Shown here piece by piece: positions 8,101-21,024 of a stretch of DNA of 64,000 bases. A program made the translations under genes and the position numbers. The stretch lies in NCBI GenBank assembly GCA_030704615.1, contig CM060733.1, forward strand, positions 20,026,001-20,090,000, written 5' to 3'. The notes below the pieces were generated by a model. It saw only the letters and a list, made by a program, of their open reading frames with translations. It made no database searches and had not been told where the DNA came from. How positions within the stretch are numbered: position 1 is the first letter of the stretch; each line of letters begins with the position of its first letter. The stretch is from Takakia lepidozioides. Its lineage: Eukaryota > Plantae > Bryophyta.

Positions 8101-11009
8101 GAATACACGCATGCATTTCCGGATGAGGTGGTACTTTGTGACAAACTCGGGGAGGACTATGTTGGTGTTCTCCTTTCCAGGGTGCTAGTGGGAGGATGTG
8201 GATCTCTCATGTTCATTGTCAAGTGGCCTTTGATTAGAACAAAATTCTTGCAAAATGGAAGGTTGCTTTCGGAAGATTTACAAAATTTCTACAGCTCCGA
8301 GATGGCTAGTGAGCCGGAGGATGGTGAGTGTGGTATAAAGAAGGCTCCTTACAGGCATTTTCGTAGATCCAAAAGAGGTGTTGCTTTGGATGAGTCTTGG
8401 AAATCAAAAAGGTTACTCTCGAAAAAGTCTGTGAGAGAGGTCAGTATCAAACCATGTTGTCAGCTTCGATGTTGTCAATTCTTTGACTGGAAGAAGACAC
8501 TTGCTCTTCGCACCACATTTTGGGGATCTACCTTTGACAATAGACGAGAACTGGGATTTGAAATTCCACGGAGACTACACAGACTCGAGGGGTCAACTCG
8601 TCGAACATACATTACTATTGAGGGAGAGGATATTTGCGAGAAGGCGTAGTGGACAATTCATGGAATTGGCAGGTCAACTTATATGGAGTACAAAAGACTC
8701 TCCAAAGAATGAGTTATCTCTTCTGTGCATGGAAATTGTGGAATGAAGCGGCCCCGCCCAGAGACTGTTCAGGCTGAGGGGAACATATTGTCTATCATTA
8801 ACGGGAACAGTGATTTCATGCCACATAAGACGAGATGTATTGGTGAGGGACACCAAGATACACTCCGTGTACTACCTCCAGAGATTAATTGGAAACGAGT
8901 TCGAGATGAGTCCAACGAGGCGAGTATTTTTTTCTCATCTACTTCTTCTTTTGGACCTCTCTATTAAGACAATGTGAATAAGATGTGATTTGGTTGAGCA
9001 AATATATTTTTTACATCGATCGATCAATAGTATTTATTTATCTACTACCTGTATTAGGCTGATGAGATTACTACAGCAGACCTCGATATTAGTGTCAACG
9101 TGCTAATATATTCTTGGGCGCACGTGACAGACCAATCAGGTTCTGGGCTTAGGGCCTATTTCTACTTCAGCAGTGAGTCGAATTAGAAAGAATATGTTCT
9201 CCAACGACGAAGTCAGAAAAAATGGAGGGACATTTGCAAAATGTACAGAGTGTGAGATGCTAAATGACCTCATTAAGAAGTCTGTGAAAAGAAGTGTAGA
9301 CCAAATGTGTCATAAGAAAGCTCTTGACAAACATTTGAAGCATCAAAAGTCTCACCGGAGACTCTACCATAGCTGGAGGAATGAATCAGTTATGATGCCA
9401 ACATAATTCTTATGCATCATTCATGATAAGATGGATCATCAAAATACTGCTCTTTCATGTTTGCAAACAACGAACAATATAATTTCAGGCTTGGGGCAGC
9501 TTCCAGTGTCTATGGTGGGTATCGTTACTCACGGTCACGGAGATGGTGCGTACGCTCAATATTGGATGGATTTTTGGCTAGCAGATCCCAACTTCGTTAT
9601 AGGATCTTTGACTAGAATTTTGCGACAATTGGAGAAACCAACATGTCGTGAATCAATGGCCCTTTTTGACAACCCCATACAAACTGATTTCTTTGAAGTC
9701 ATAATGAGAGGAAAATCCAGGTGTTTGGATGTTTTGAAGTCTTGTTTTAAAAATGAAAAAAAGTGAACGTTTCCATTACCACGAAGATTGTATCTACAAA
9801 TGGACAATTGTGTCAAAGACAACAAGAATAGGTGGATGTTGGCGTTCTTATCACTGCTTACTGCAAGAGGGGTGTTTGAAAAAATTCAACTTGGTTTCCT
9901 TATGGTTGGCCATACGCATGAGGACATTGATGCTTATTTTAGTTACCTTTCGAAGAAATTGAAAGAGAACAACACCTATGTTCTTTCCGATCTCATGAAA
10001 AATTTCATGATATCTCAAGACCTACAGTTCATTCCGCAAATAATTCAAGAAGTTCCAGACTTCAAGGATTTTGTCTATGGCTTTATTTTGGAGGGGAATG
10101 AGGCTTTGGTTGGAGCTACGGAAATGCATTTTTTTTGGTTTTTTGTTGATTCGGATGGCTGGCCTCTAATGCAATACAAAAAATCTGCAACAGATTCCAA
10201 TTGTCTTCCAAAAAATGGCAATGTCAAAATGTGGAAAGCAAAAGACGATGGTTCTCCAATGCTTCTAGTTGGACAGCCAAAACCGCTCCGTAAGAGACCT
10301 ATTTGGGGAGATGGTGAGGAAGCATCGGAGAAACAATCTTGCATCAAGTCCGGTATTAAAAAGTACATGGATTTTTGGAAAAAAATGACGCTATTGAATG
10401 ATCAATATGGAAATATCATGAAACAATATGATCAATATTGGGCGGATATTCTTGAAGAACTTGACCTTCCGTTGGAGGAGCCAAATGACGAACTTATCGA
10501 AGGATTTTGGCCAGTAACAAAATGGGTCGAGCACCATAGGAGAGACGGTGCTCATAGACAGTCTCAAGACGCATTGTCCGATAATGAAGATATTGTGGGC
10601 CGAGATGTGACCGTCCGAAAATACCGTTGAATCCATTCAAGGATATTGAGAAGGGATTCTTTGTCCTTGTTCGTCCAAATGATACGGAGACTTTTCCTGT
10701 TTGGATGAGAATGACAATATCGAATGTTGTACGAGATATAGAAGATCGCAATTACAAAAAGCTTCTTGTGGAGTGGTGGAGACCGAAGAAAGGGGGCAAT
10801 CCTACAGATGCGGATAAGATTGTTGGTCCAAAAATTGGGAGTTCAACCCAATGGATTCCGCTCAATGGATTCATGTTGACAATGTAGTGTGGACAATGTC
10901 ACCGAGAAAAAATACGACAAAAGCAAGTACAAAAAAGATAACTGTTCGAAAGGCGGACAATGCTAGAGCAAATTTGGAATCAACAAATCATCAAGATAAT
11001 GAAAACTAA
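8101..11009 (+). pseudogene. Decayed DNA-transposon transposase (Sola-like / DUF7869-type)
   Basis: CCQLRCC and CTEC Cys motifs; catalytic-type motifs IHDKMD, LQMDNCVKDNKN and VGHTHEDID; C-terminal FVLVRP...PVW...VEWW domain. Several stops and frameshifts; an in-frame GC-AG intron candidate at 8920-9130. Confidence 0.75.
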
Positions 11010-11249
11010 AATGGTATGAATGCAGACAACTCTCCAACTTTCTTGTTTTCTTGTAATGTTTTAAATCTCAATGACTTTGAATGATGGATAAAAAATAATT
11101 GTTTTACTCAATTATAATGTTGTTCATTCTTCTAGCCAAATTTGGACCACTTACAATAAATTTTGTATGAATAAATTTTGTTACAGTGGTTGGGATTAAA
11201 AAAAAAACCTTTTGCTTAGTAATACTTGCAAGTTTTTATATAACCTCCT

Positions 11250-13500
11250 AAACAATTTTCCAATTTTTTTTTTGGATTGGTTTGGATTTTTTAATGATAT
11301 TTTTTATAGGTCCTAAATATTACTCTTTCATCATATTTGCTTATTATCTAATATACTTTAGCTTAGCCTAAGCCCAATACCACAAAAATATCTTTGTAAT
11401 GTTTGAAGCTTGAGACTCGAAATTAATTGTTTTTCTAACTTTGAGGTTGCATACTAGAGTGGTTGGAATATTTAATTGAAAATTTGTATAGGTCCTAAAC
11501 ACTCTCCCATCACCCCTATCATTCATACTTTTGCCGGAGACTTAACCCTATAGTCTTAACCCTATAGCCTAAAACGTAATTGCTACATTTGAAGCTCAAT
11601 TAATTGTATTTTCCAGCTTACATGTATGACAGAGTCATCGAGATATTTACTTGAAAATTCTTACTCTCCCATATGTTTTTTTTTACTTGAAGTACTTTTG
11701 TTTATCCGAAACCCTAGTATACCGCAAAACTTCATTCAAATGTTTGAAGTTCATTCAAATCAATTTTTGAGCTTTGGGTATAATACAAATTACAATGGTT
11801 AGAATATTATATTGACTTGATTGTTGAATGTTTTAAAAATTATAGGTCCTAAACATTCATGCATATTTTTATGTGGTTCATACTTTTATTTCTTATAAAC
11901 TTTATGCCCCTAAAACCTTATATCCATGTTTGAAGCTTCTTAAGAAAGCAAATTTCTACTTTGGAATACAATGCATTCAAGGTTGGGATATTTGATTGAA
12001 AGTTTTTATAGGTTCCATACACTGTTGTTGTTTTTGGAAAGTTTTTATAGGACCTCGCACACAAACTGTCTCTTCTATATTAGTTTCTTATTGATAATTT
12101 TGTCCACCTCATATCCATGTTTGAAGCCCAAGTCCCGTTTTTGTTTTTTTTGTTTGTTTATTTTTCCTCCCATTTCTCAATTTTTCAGCTTTGGGATACA
12201 ATAGAGTGGAGACGTGGTCGGAATAAATTTTAATCTCAACATGTATAAGATTGAATTAGCTCATTAAAACAATTGCTTAGTACTACTTGGTAGCAATTTT
12301 GTATGGAGCTTCCTTATAAGCACTTTTCAACCCTTTGTTAGATTGAATAGATTGTTTTTTTTTTTTTTGGCTAGTACTAAGCTTTGGGGACTTAGTCTAT
12401 AGAATTTTACGATATTTAATTGAGAGATTTTATATGTCTTAATTACTCTTGTAAATTTGTTTGTCATTGAATAGTATTAAATTTGCTTACCCTAAATCCT
12501 AGTATGTCATCCTAAATTTTTTATTTTTTTATTGTTTGAAGCTCATTATTCTTTTCCCCCCCATTGACTCATTTTTAATAAGATAAAGTGGTCTGGATTT
12601 TTAATTGATATTTTTGTAAACCCTAAGTTCCATTCTTTCATATTTGTTCTTACCTATACTTTAGCTTCATAGCCTAAGCCCAGTACCCCAAAAATATCTT
12701 TGTAATGTTTGAAGCTCACTCAAAATTTTTTTTTTCTAACTTTGGGGTTGCATACTACTAAGGGTTGTTGGATATATTTAATGAAATTTTGTATTGGTCC
12801 TAAACAGTATCCCATTATTTGTATCATTCACACTTTTGCTTGTTCTAAACCCTAGTATACCCTAAAACGTCATTTGAAGCTCATTGATTCAATTTATTCT
12901 AGCTTATATGTATGATAGAGTCCTTGAGATATTTACTCGGAAATTCTTATATGTTCTACACACTCGTCCATATTTTGTACTTGATAGTACTTTTACCTCT
13001 CCAAACCCCTATACCCTAAACCTCATTCAAATATTTGAAGTTCATTCAAATCATTTTTCCAGCTTTGGGTATAATACAATTATGGTTAAAATATTACTTG
13101 ATTGAACGTTTTTATAGGTCATAAACTTTCTTGCATATTTGTGTGATTCATACTTATAATTTTTCTAAAATTTTATGCTCCTAAAACCTTATTTCTATGT
13201 TGGAAGCTCGTTATAAAAACACATTCTTACTTTGGGGTACAATGTATTCAAAGTTGAGATATTTGATTGAAAGTTCTTATAGGTTCGATGCACTGTTTTT
13301 TTTTTTTTCCCCCCTCTTCATACTTTTTTCTTATCATAAATCCTACAATACCTCGAAACCTCATATCCCGGAGCGAGTCATTGAAAAAATAAATGTACAT
13401 AGCTTTCAACTTTGGAGTACATTGATACTTTAGTTTGGAGAAATTATTTCGATTAAAAATGTCTAGAAGTTCCATAGGTTCCATACATTTTTTCACATTT
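11250..13500. repeat. AT-rich degenerate satellite: about 120-130 bp monomer within an about 1.3 kb higher-order duplication
   Basis: Recurring TGTTTGAAGCT / CTTTGGG / TATAGGTCCTAAAC motifs; about 11350-12010 is repeated at about 12655-13280. Confidence 0.75.
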
Positions 13501-14365
13501 TATTAATGTTGATTCGGATTTCTCTTGTGAGTAAGATTTTTTTATTTCGTTGTACCGTTTTGATTTTGAATACCTTGTAGTTCGCCTTCGGGCCTTGTAT
13601 TCATGTGTTAGTATTCATAAATTTATATCCGTGGTTACTCTTTTGCAGGAGTCAATTTGGATTCGAGACCGACATTCTTTTTTTTTACAAAACACAGTAT
13701 TTTGTCTAAGTTCGAGTCTTCATTTTTACAAATTACCTATCTACACGGAGGCATTTGCAAAAACATATCTTCGTACGACGCACACCCAATCTTCTCAATG
13801 TTAGCCTTATGTGTAGATGTTATAGTTTCAGGGCTAGGGTGTTTGTGGACTATATATAGTGCCTTTGTATTGGGGATAGCAGACTATTTGACAACATGTA
13901 TTGGGTAACGATGTCTCATGGATACTTGCGTTAATTAGTATATATCCTTTGCATTAGCTAAATTTGTATATCGTTCGATTTTGATGTCGACGTTTAATGA
14001 ATTTGGAGTCATGCAAATTGTGTTATTAATATATATCATTTGCATTGTCTAATGTATGTCATTCGACTTTGATGTCGACGTTTAAGGAATTTGGAGTCAT
14101 GCACATTCACTTGAAAAGTAAATCTTGATTCATTGCTTCATAATATTGTACTTATTTGATTTTAATTTAAATGTAAAATTTTATTAAGTTTTGTTCGGAT
14201 TTAAGCCAAAAGTCTAGAATTAGTTAAAATTGAGTTCTGTATTTTGATTTTTATTTGGCGTCATCTTCCCACCTTCTTCAACTTTACATGTGACTGACGG
14301 TTACGAAAACTTATATAGATCCATGAACGGAAATTGGAGGAAAGTACACAAACCCAGACAGAATC

Positions 14366-15094
14366 TGTCGCGGCCCTTTGCCTTGAGGGCAGGGGGGTCG
14401 GGATACATGAGGGGCTGCCCTTGTGGTGGGGGCAGTGGCAGCGATAGGTACGGGGGGCTGAAGCACCCTTGAGTGCCCAAAGCACTCAAGGAGGCGGAGG
14501 TGCTCACTAGGTGGAGCCCCGCACACCGGGATGCGGTGGGGGTGGCTTCACAAAGGGGTGGTGGTAGCTTAGCGGGACTTAGTGGGGGTGGCATAGGACT
14601 CACCATGGGGGCGGAGACCTCGTGGTGGGAGTCGTGGGGAGTCTTGGGACTCATCATGGTCCATAGGGGCCGTGGTGAGTGGGCCAAGACTCACCGCGAC
14701 TCATCACCGGGAGTCGAGGGTTTTCGTGGTGGTTCGCCATAAAATGGCATGGCTGGTTGTGAAACCCCCGCGGACAGCTACAGAAGTATATATAGGGAGT
14801 AGTAACCCCGAGAACGGTGCAAGCCCGTTGGTGACCAAAAACTAGTGAGTAAACGAGCGAGCCGGAAAGCGACCAAAGAGTGGGGAGCTGTTCTGGACTG
14901 CCAACTACCAAAGAGAATTCCCGCTGGGCCCAAATCGGTGGAGGGTTCTTTGGGAGATCAAAGGGGGACCGTTATGCCCTGGTGAGCAGCCGAAGCTCCA
15001 AGTTGGCCCGGCGGCCAGGTTGGGAGTTAGGCGCGCGCATCAAAGCGAATAACTATGACTTGAAGGGGAGCTTACCGAATTGAGGTGCGCGACA
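14366..15094 (+). repeat. 5' LTR of chromovirus
   Basis: TGTCGC...GCGACA termini; about 7 substitutions versus the 3' LTR by eye. Confidence 0.97.
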
Positions 15095-15149
15095 CTTGGT
15101 ATCAGAGCTTAGAGTTCAGTACGTGATCGTCCTTGGGATTGGCCTCATC

Positions 15150-17060
15150 ATGGGGTCGGGCAAGCCAAAGCGAAAGCGGAATGGCCCAAAAGATGATGAT
15201 CCTGGTGAGCCCGATGGGGGCGACGTGTCACCGAGGCGGCCGTTTGAGGAAGCGATGCATGTTTCCGAAAACGAGGCCGCTCAAGAGCGGGAGGAATCCG
15301 AGGAGTCGGAGCCCGATGAGTCCCTGAGAGCTCCGACCGACCAACAGATGCCTCCCATGCCGGCAGCCTTTTGGGAAGGGTTGTTGGCGCAGTTTGGCGG
15401 GACGCTGAAAGACGTGTTGAAGGCGGCTAATGCCACTTCCACTAAGGCAAAGTTTAAGGTGAAGCCTAAGGAACCCGGCACCTTCGAGGGCGTCCGAAAT
15501 CAGAAGGCACTCAACACCTGGCTCCTGGAGCTAGAACAGTACTTCCGGGCGGCCAAGTTGAGTGACGAGGATCGGGTGGAAGTGGCTCCCACCTATTTGA
15601 GGGGCTATGCTCAACAATGGTGGCAGAAACACCTTCACGACCGAGGTCCAAGCCCGGAAACCTTGAACTGGAGTGGGTTCAAGGAATTGATGAAGAGACA
15701 ATTTGTGCCCCTCAACGCGTCCTGGCTTGCCCGGGACAAGATGAGGAATTTGAGGCAAACAGATGACATTCGGGGATATGTCCAGGCTTTCAATGTGCTT
15801 TTGCTCGAAGTCGCGGACATGGCAGAACCGGAAATGGTCTTCAACTTTGTGGCGGGACTGGCCCCATGGGCCAGGCGGAAGTTGGAGGAGAAGCCACCTA
15901 AGACTTTGAACGAGGCAATTGAGAGGGCTGAATGTTTCTCGGATGTCCCCAGGGGTGAAAGACAAGGTCGTACGGAGCTGAACCACAAGAAAACCCGGCG
16001 GGAAGGTGACTCCTTCCGACCGGAAAAGAAGTGGGATAGGCCACGCGGCGACAATGGCACGTGGAAATCGAAGGGAGGGCCATCACAAGTCAAGGCGGCA
16101 CCCGGTGCTTCGAAAGGAAAAGCGGGTGGAGCGGCCTATGGCGGACAGAAGGCAACCTTTGATGGAGTGTGTTTCAATTGCGGGGAGCCCGGGCACATGG
16201 CCAAGAAGTGCACGAAGCCCCGACAATTGAACATGACTCGGGCGACCACAGAGCTGTCGGAAGATACCATCAGTCGCTTGGTGGAAGCGGTGGTCGCCAG
16301 GACTTGCAAGGTAGGCAAATTTTCTTGTGAGTTGTATCAGGAAACTGGCGCCTTACGTAAAGGGAGTCAGTTATTGTTCGTGGATGAGATAATATCCGGA
16401 ACTAACGTGTCGTTGTTGGTGGACACAGGAGCGTTGCGCTCCTTCATGACACCGGCAACGGCACAAAAGCTGGGACTCCCGACAAGTGATGTGGGGGCCT
16501 CTATTGAGGTGCGTTCTGCCAAAGGAGAACCGCAATTGGCGACAAGGTTGGCGTTTGATGTTCCTCTTCAACTGGGGAGTTGGGAGGGACGTGAGAACTT
16601 CACCATCTGCGAGATCGATGGAGTGGATCTCATTTTGGGGATGACCTTTTTGAGCAAATCCGGAGCGGTCATAGATGGCCGCAAGAGAGTAGTCACGCTG
16701 CCATGTGGGAATGGTGGCGAGGCCTTACGAGTGTCGGAAATGCCCAAACCCGTGGGAGGGCGAATAAACCTTCTGTCAGCAAAGGAGTGGGCCGTGGAGG
16801 AGGCACACGAGCCCCAGTTTTTGCTCTACATTAGAGAAGTGAAAGGAGAAGACGATGGGGAGCCGAGCCCAGATTGGATCAAGGGGATTTTGGAGAAATA
16901 CCAGGATGTGATGCCGGAGGATTTACCAAGCGGTTTGCCACCGCGAAGAGGAGTTGACCACAAGATTGAGGTGATACCGCCTAGGACTTGCCTCCTATTA
17001 CCGGAAGTATGTGAGAAATTTCGCCAAGATCGCGGGGCCGCTGTCAGAGCTTCGGTGTAA
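15150..17060 (+). CDS. Chromovirus Gag-protease, frame broken at the RT deletion
   Basis: Gag YLRGYAQQWW, knuckle CFNCGEPGHMAKKC, protease LVDTGA and LILGM, pre-RT LPPRRGVDHKIEVIP. Confidence 0.9.
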   Translation: MGSGKPKRKRNGPKDDDPGEPDGGDVSPRRPFEEAMHVSENEAAQEREESEESEPDESLRAPTDQQMPPMPAAFWEGLLAQFGGTLKDVLKAANATSTKAKFKVKPKEPGTFEGVRNQKALNTWLLELEQYFRAAKLSDEDRVEVAPTYLRGYAQQWWQKHLHDRGPSPETLNWSGFKELMKRQFVPLNASWLARDKMRNLRQTDDIRGYVQAFNVLLLEVADMAEPEMVFNFVAGLAPWARRKLEEKPPKTLNEAIERAECFSDVPRGERQGRTELNHKKTRREGDSFRPEKKWDRPRGDNGTWKSKGGPSQVKAAPGASKGKAGGAAYGGQKATFDGVCFNCGEPGHMAKKCTKPRQLNMTRATTELSEDTISRLVEAVVARTCKVGKFSCELYQETGALRKGSQLLFVDEIISGTNVSLLVDTGALRSFMTPATAQKLGLPTSDVGASIEVRSAKGEPQLATRLAFDVPLQLGSWEGRENFTICEIDGVDLILGMTFLSKSGAVIDGRKRVVTLPCGNGGEALRVSEMPKPVGGRINLLSAKEWAVEEAHEPQFLLYIREVKGEDDGEPSPDWIKGILEKYQDVMPEDLPSGLPPRRGVDHKIEVIPPRTCLLLPEVCEKFRQDRGAAVRASV

Positions 17061-19003
17061 ATCCAAAGTCTGGGCATGGAACACCTTTTGTGGCCAAGCT
17101 TTTGCTGAATTGAAGCAGCGGATGGCGGAAGCTCCAGTCTTGAAAATCTCGGAGTTCGATCGTCCGTTCGAGATACATACAGATGCGTCGGACTTCGCGA
17201 TCGGGGGTGTACTGATGCAAGATGGACGTCCAGTGGCTTACAAAAGTAAGAAACTGAATGAAGTGGAGCGACGGTGGCCGACGCACGAGAAAGAGATAAA
17301 GGCGGTGGTGCACTGTCTTGAGCTTTCGCGCCACTATGTTGGTTCCAACCCCAGTGAAGGTGTTCACGGACAATGTCACGGTGAAGTATTTTGCCACGCA
17401 GCCCAAGTTGTCCCCAAAACAACTTAGGTGGCAAGATACTTTGGCGGTGTTCGACGTGGATATCCAGTACAAACCGGGACGAGACAACGTGGTGGCCGAT
17501 GCTTTAAGTAGAAAGCAGCAGCTCTTGTTGGTGTACAAGGGCGAGACGACGCTCCAAAGGAAGATCCGGAAGGCTTGCCGGAAGGATGAGCTGGCGAAGT
17601 CTGTGATGCAGGACTTGAGGATGGGGGTTAAATCGCAGTTCCACTTGCAAAATGGACTGCTCCGGTATAAGCCAAAGCGTCTCTACGTGCCGAAGGGAGG
17701 GATCAGAGATAGCCTCTTGAGAGAATGCCATGATAGCCCGCTTGCGGGCCACGGCGGAGCCAAACGCACTGCGGCACTCTTGAAGAAAGAGTATTTCTGG
17801 CCCAAACTGAGGGAGGAGGCAGAGGAGTATGTCAAGACATGCACCACATGCCAACAAAACCGGAGTGAGTACAAAAAGCAAGCAGGGCTGTTACAACCCT
17901 TGCCGGTTCCAGAGGGGACTTGGGAAAGCGTCTCGATGGATTTCATGACTGCTATGCCGCTGTCAAAAGGATTCGATGCAATCATGGTGGTGGTGGATAG
18001 GTTCAGTAAAATGGGTCATTTCATCCCCACCAAGAAGACGGCAACGGCGCAGGAAACAGGGCGACTTTACTTCGCCCACGTCTTAAAGCATCATGGAGTC
18101 CCGAAAGATATTGTCTCGGACCGCAATCCAAAGTTTACGAGTAAATTTTGGAGGGCACTTTGGAAGAAGATGGGGACGAGGCTGAAGATGAGCACCGCCT
18201 TCCGACCTACGACCGACGGCCAAACAGAAAGAGTGAATTCTGTAGTGAAGCAGATCTTGCGGAATTACGTGTCGGCAGACCAAACAGACTGGGTGGAACA
18301 CTTAGACGCGGCAGAATTCTGTTATAATAACACAGAACACTCCGCAACGGGAGTTTCCCCTTTCATATTGGTCTATGGAAAAGCACCTCTGGTGCCGACA
18401 AGTTGGGCCGCCCAGGACGTTGAGGAACCGGCAGTAGTGGCGGTATTGGAAGAACGCGAGCGTTTGTTGAAGCTCGCAAAGTACAACATTGCCAAAGCTA
18501 GGAAACGGTATGAAAGGCAGGCGAATCGGAAGAGGAGGGAAGTGAAGTTTGAGGCAGGCACGGAGGTCTGGTTGAACATCAAGAATTTCCGACTACCTCC
18601 GGAAGTGAGTCCAAAGTTCGTACCTCCGTATGCGGGACCCTTTCGCATCCGGAAGGTTATGAATGAGGATGTGTATGAATTGGAGCTGCCGGCAAACAGC
18701 AAGGTGCATCCAGTATTCCACGTCTCCCTTTTGAAGCCTTACTTCAAAAATGAAGCGCGTCCGAATCGGCATCAAGTGTTGCGTCCGCCACCTGTGCTGT
18801 TGGATCATGAAAATGAACCTGAGTACGAGGTGGAGGCAGTACTTAAGTCGAGGAGGTTCAAGAACCGAGAAACGGATTATCTCGTCAAATGGAAGGGCTA
18901 TCATCATGTGGAGGCATCTTGGGTGCGTGCCTCAGAAATGGGAAACGCATCCGAGGCAGTTGCAGTTTTCGAAGGGCGACCTCAAAAGCGGAAGAAGCGT
19001 TGA
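16981..19003 (+). pseudogene. Chromovirus RT thumb / RNase H / integrase / chromodomain
   Basis: LGLASYYRKYV, TDASDFAIG, HHCC zinc finger, SMDF / VSDRNPKF / DGQTERVN, GPF motif, chromodomain YEVEAVL...YLVKWKGY; frameshift near 17345. Confidence 0.92.
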
Positions 19004-19909
19004 TGGGGACATCAACCTTGGAGCGTGGGGGAGGAAATGCATGCTTAGCCCGGCTTAGCTAGCTCAGGAATCCGATTGCAAAAATTTGTATTGTACAAAA
19101 ATTTGTTATAAAAGAAATGGGTTCCAAATGTTGTGCGTCCTATTTTGTTTAGAATGGTGATGCATGGTGTGGTTGGCTAGTGTGTAGAATGCATGCTAGC
19201 TTACAAAAGTGGGAGAGGTAAATTGGGTTAATCGTGTGTTTGCGCAGTGCCGAAATCGGGTGACTCCCATCCAAGGGGCAAAGAAACATGCGCCTTCTTT
19301 GGGAGTTCACGTGCTAGTGCGCACCTGGCGCGTGCGCGTATTATAACTGCGCTGCTGAGGTGGTTGCCTTGTAGTGCGGGCTAACGCGGAAGCTACGTGC
19401 TTCCGTTCACGTACTATAATCGTGTAGCCTCGGGACGAAGTCGTAGTGCGGCTTCGACGTGTTCCCGTACCTCAGGCCAGCATTCCAAGACGGACCCAAT
19501 TGTAGTGATTGGGGCGCACGGTTGGTTCAAGGTTATCTTCCTAGTCAAAGGGGGTTCGAGGTGAACCCTTGCGCAAGGTGATGCCAAAGGCGGCATCATG
19601 AGCGATCGCAAGCAATGTTGTTGCAATAAGGCGATTCAATCCTCGGGGAGGATCGTTCCTTGGCCTTGAAGTAGGCCAAGAAGAGTGCACTGGGAGGAGC
19701 TTGAGAGGCTCCACCCCTGGCCGAGACTTGGAGGAAGTCGGCCGAACTAGCTAGTGGAGAGTAGAGTCAAGTGTGGGGTTTGGTTCTTCGCCATGGGACG
19801 CCATGGTACGGAAACAAACTCCTTGATGTGGGACGCCACAACTTGGATGTTCGTTTCTACAAAATGGACAAGTCGATGAGGACATCGACTCCCTGTTGGT
19901 AGGGGTGTG

Positions 19910-20638
19910 TGTCGCGGCCCTTTGCCTTGAGGGCAGGGGGGTCGGGACACATGAGGGGCTACCCCTGTGGTGGGGGCAGTGGCAGCGATAGGTACGGGGG
20001 GCTGAAGCACCCTTGAGTGCCCAAAGCACTCAAGGAGGCGGAGGTGCTCACTAGGTGGAGCCCCGCACACCGGGATGCGGTGGGGGTGGCTTCACAAAGG
20101 GGTGGTGGTAGCTTAGCGGGACTTAGTGGGGGTGGCATAGGACTCACCATGGGGGCGGAGACCTCGTGGTGGGAGTCGTGGGGAGTCTTGGGACTCATCA
20201 CGGTCCATAGGGGCCGTGGTGAGTGGGCCAAGACTCACCGCGACTCATCACCGGGAGTCGAGGGTTTTCGTGGTGGTTCGCCATAAAATGGCATGGCTGG
20301 TTGTGAAACCCCCGCGGACAGCTACAGAAGTATATATAGGGAGTAGTAACCCCGAGAACGGTGCAAGCCCGTTGGTGACCAAAAACTAGTGAGTAAGCGA
20401 GCGAGCCGGAAAGCGACCAAAGAGTGGGGAGCTGTTCTGGACTGCCAACTACCAAAGGGAATTCCCGCTGGGCCCAAATCGGTGGAGGGTTCTTTGGGAG
20501 ATCAAAGGGGGACCGTTATGCCCTGGTGAGCAGCCGAAGCTCCAAGTTGGCCCGGCGGCCAGGTTGGGAGTTAGGCGCGCGCATCAAAGCGAGTAACTAT
20601 GACTTGAAGGGGAGCTTACCGAATTGAGGTGCGCGACA
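19910..20638 (+). repeat. 3' LTR of chromovirus
   Basis: Near-identical to 14366-15094; preceded by the purine-rich GGTAGGGG. Confidence 0.97.
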
Positions 20639-21024
20639 GAATCCATCGCGACTCAAACAGTGAGGAGGCAGATGGACTTAACAATCAGGGTCAGCCCACC
20701 TGATCTGGTCATACAAGCAACCTCCACTGCCCAGTCGACGATGCGAGATGGAAGAAATGAGTCGGAGATGTTCGTTGCTCAGCGCGAAGGAAAAGAGAGC
20801 GAGCAGCCACAACAACAAATTCGGAATCCCTCCCCGAAACGGGTATACACTTCATAACCATCTTAGATATGTTCTTCTTTGTCCTTCTTCTAGTTCTCAA
20901 AACGAATTAATTGTTTTGTTATTCCACAAGATGATATGATTCATCCTCCAATCGACTATCACCAATCCGTGAACCCAAAAGATTGCTATCGTCTCTCTGA
21001 GGGACCGAATGGATGTCGACCAGG

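Larger units (their letters stand above)
14366..20638 (+). mobile_element. Ty3/Gypsy chromovirus, non-autonomous (RT core deleted)
   Basis: Two 729-bp LTRs, GAATC TSD (14361-14365 and 20639-20643), tRNA-iMet PBS TGGTATCAGAGC (15097-15108), gag-PR, RNase H, integrase and chromodomain. Confidence 0.97.

Noticed and set aside
11250-13500. CRISPR-like array
   Set aside because: Degenerate tandem monomers without identical repeats and unique spacers; no cas genes; eukaryotic context.
14301-15083. Short ORFs in the chromovirus LTRs (duplicated at 19959-20627)
   Set aside because: By-products of GC-rich LTR sequence; they are duplicated only because the LTRs are.
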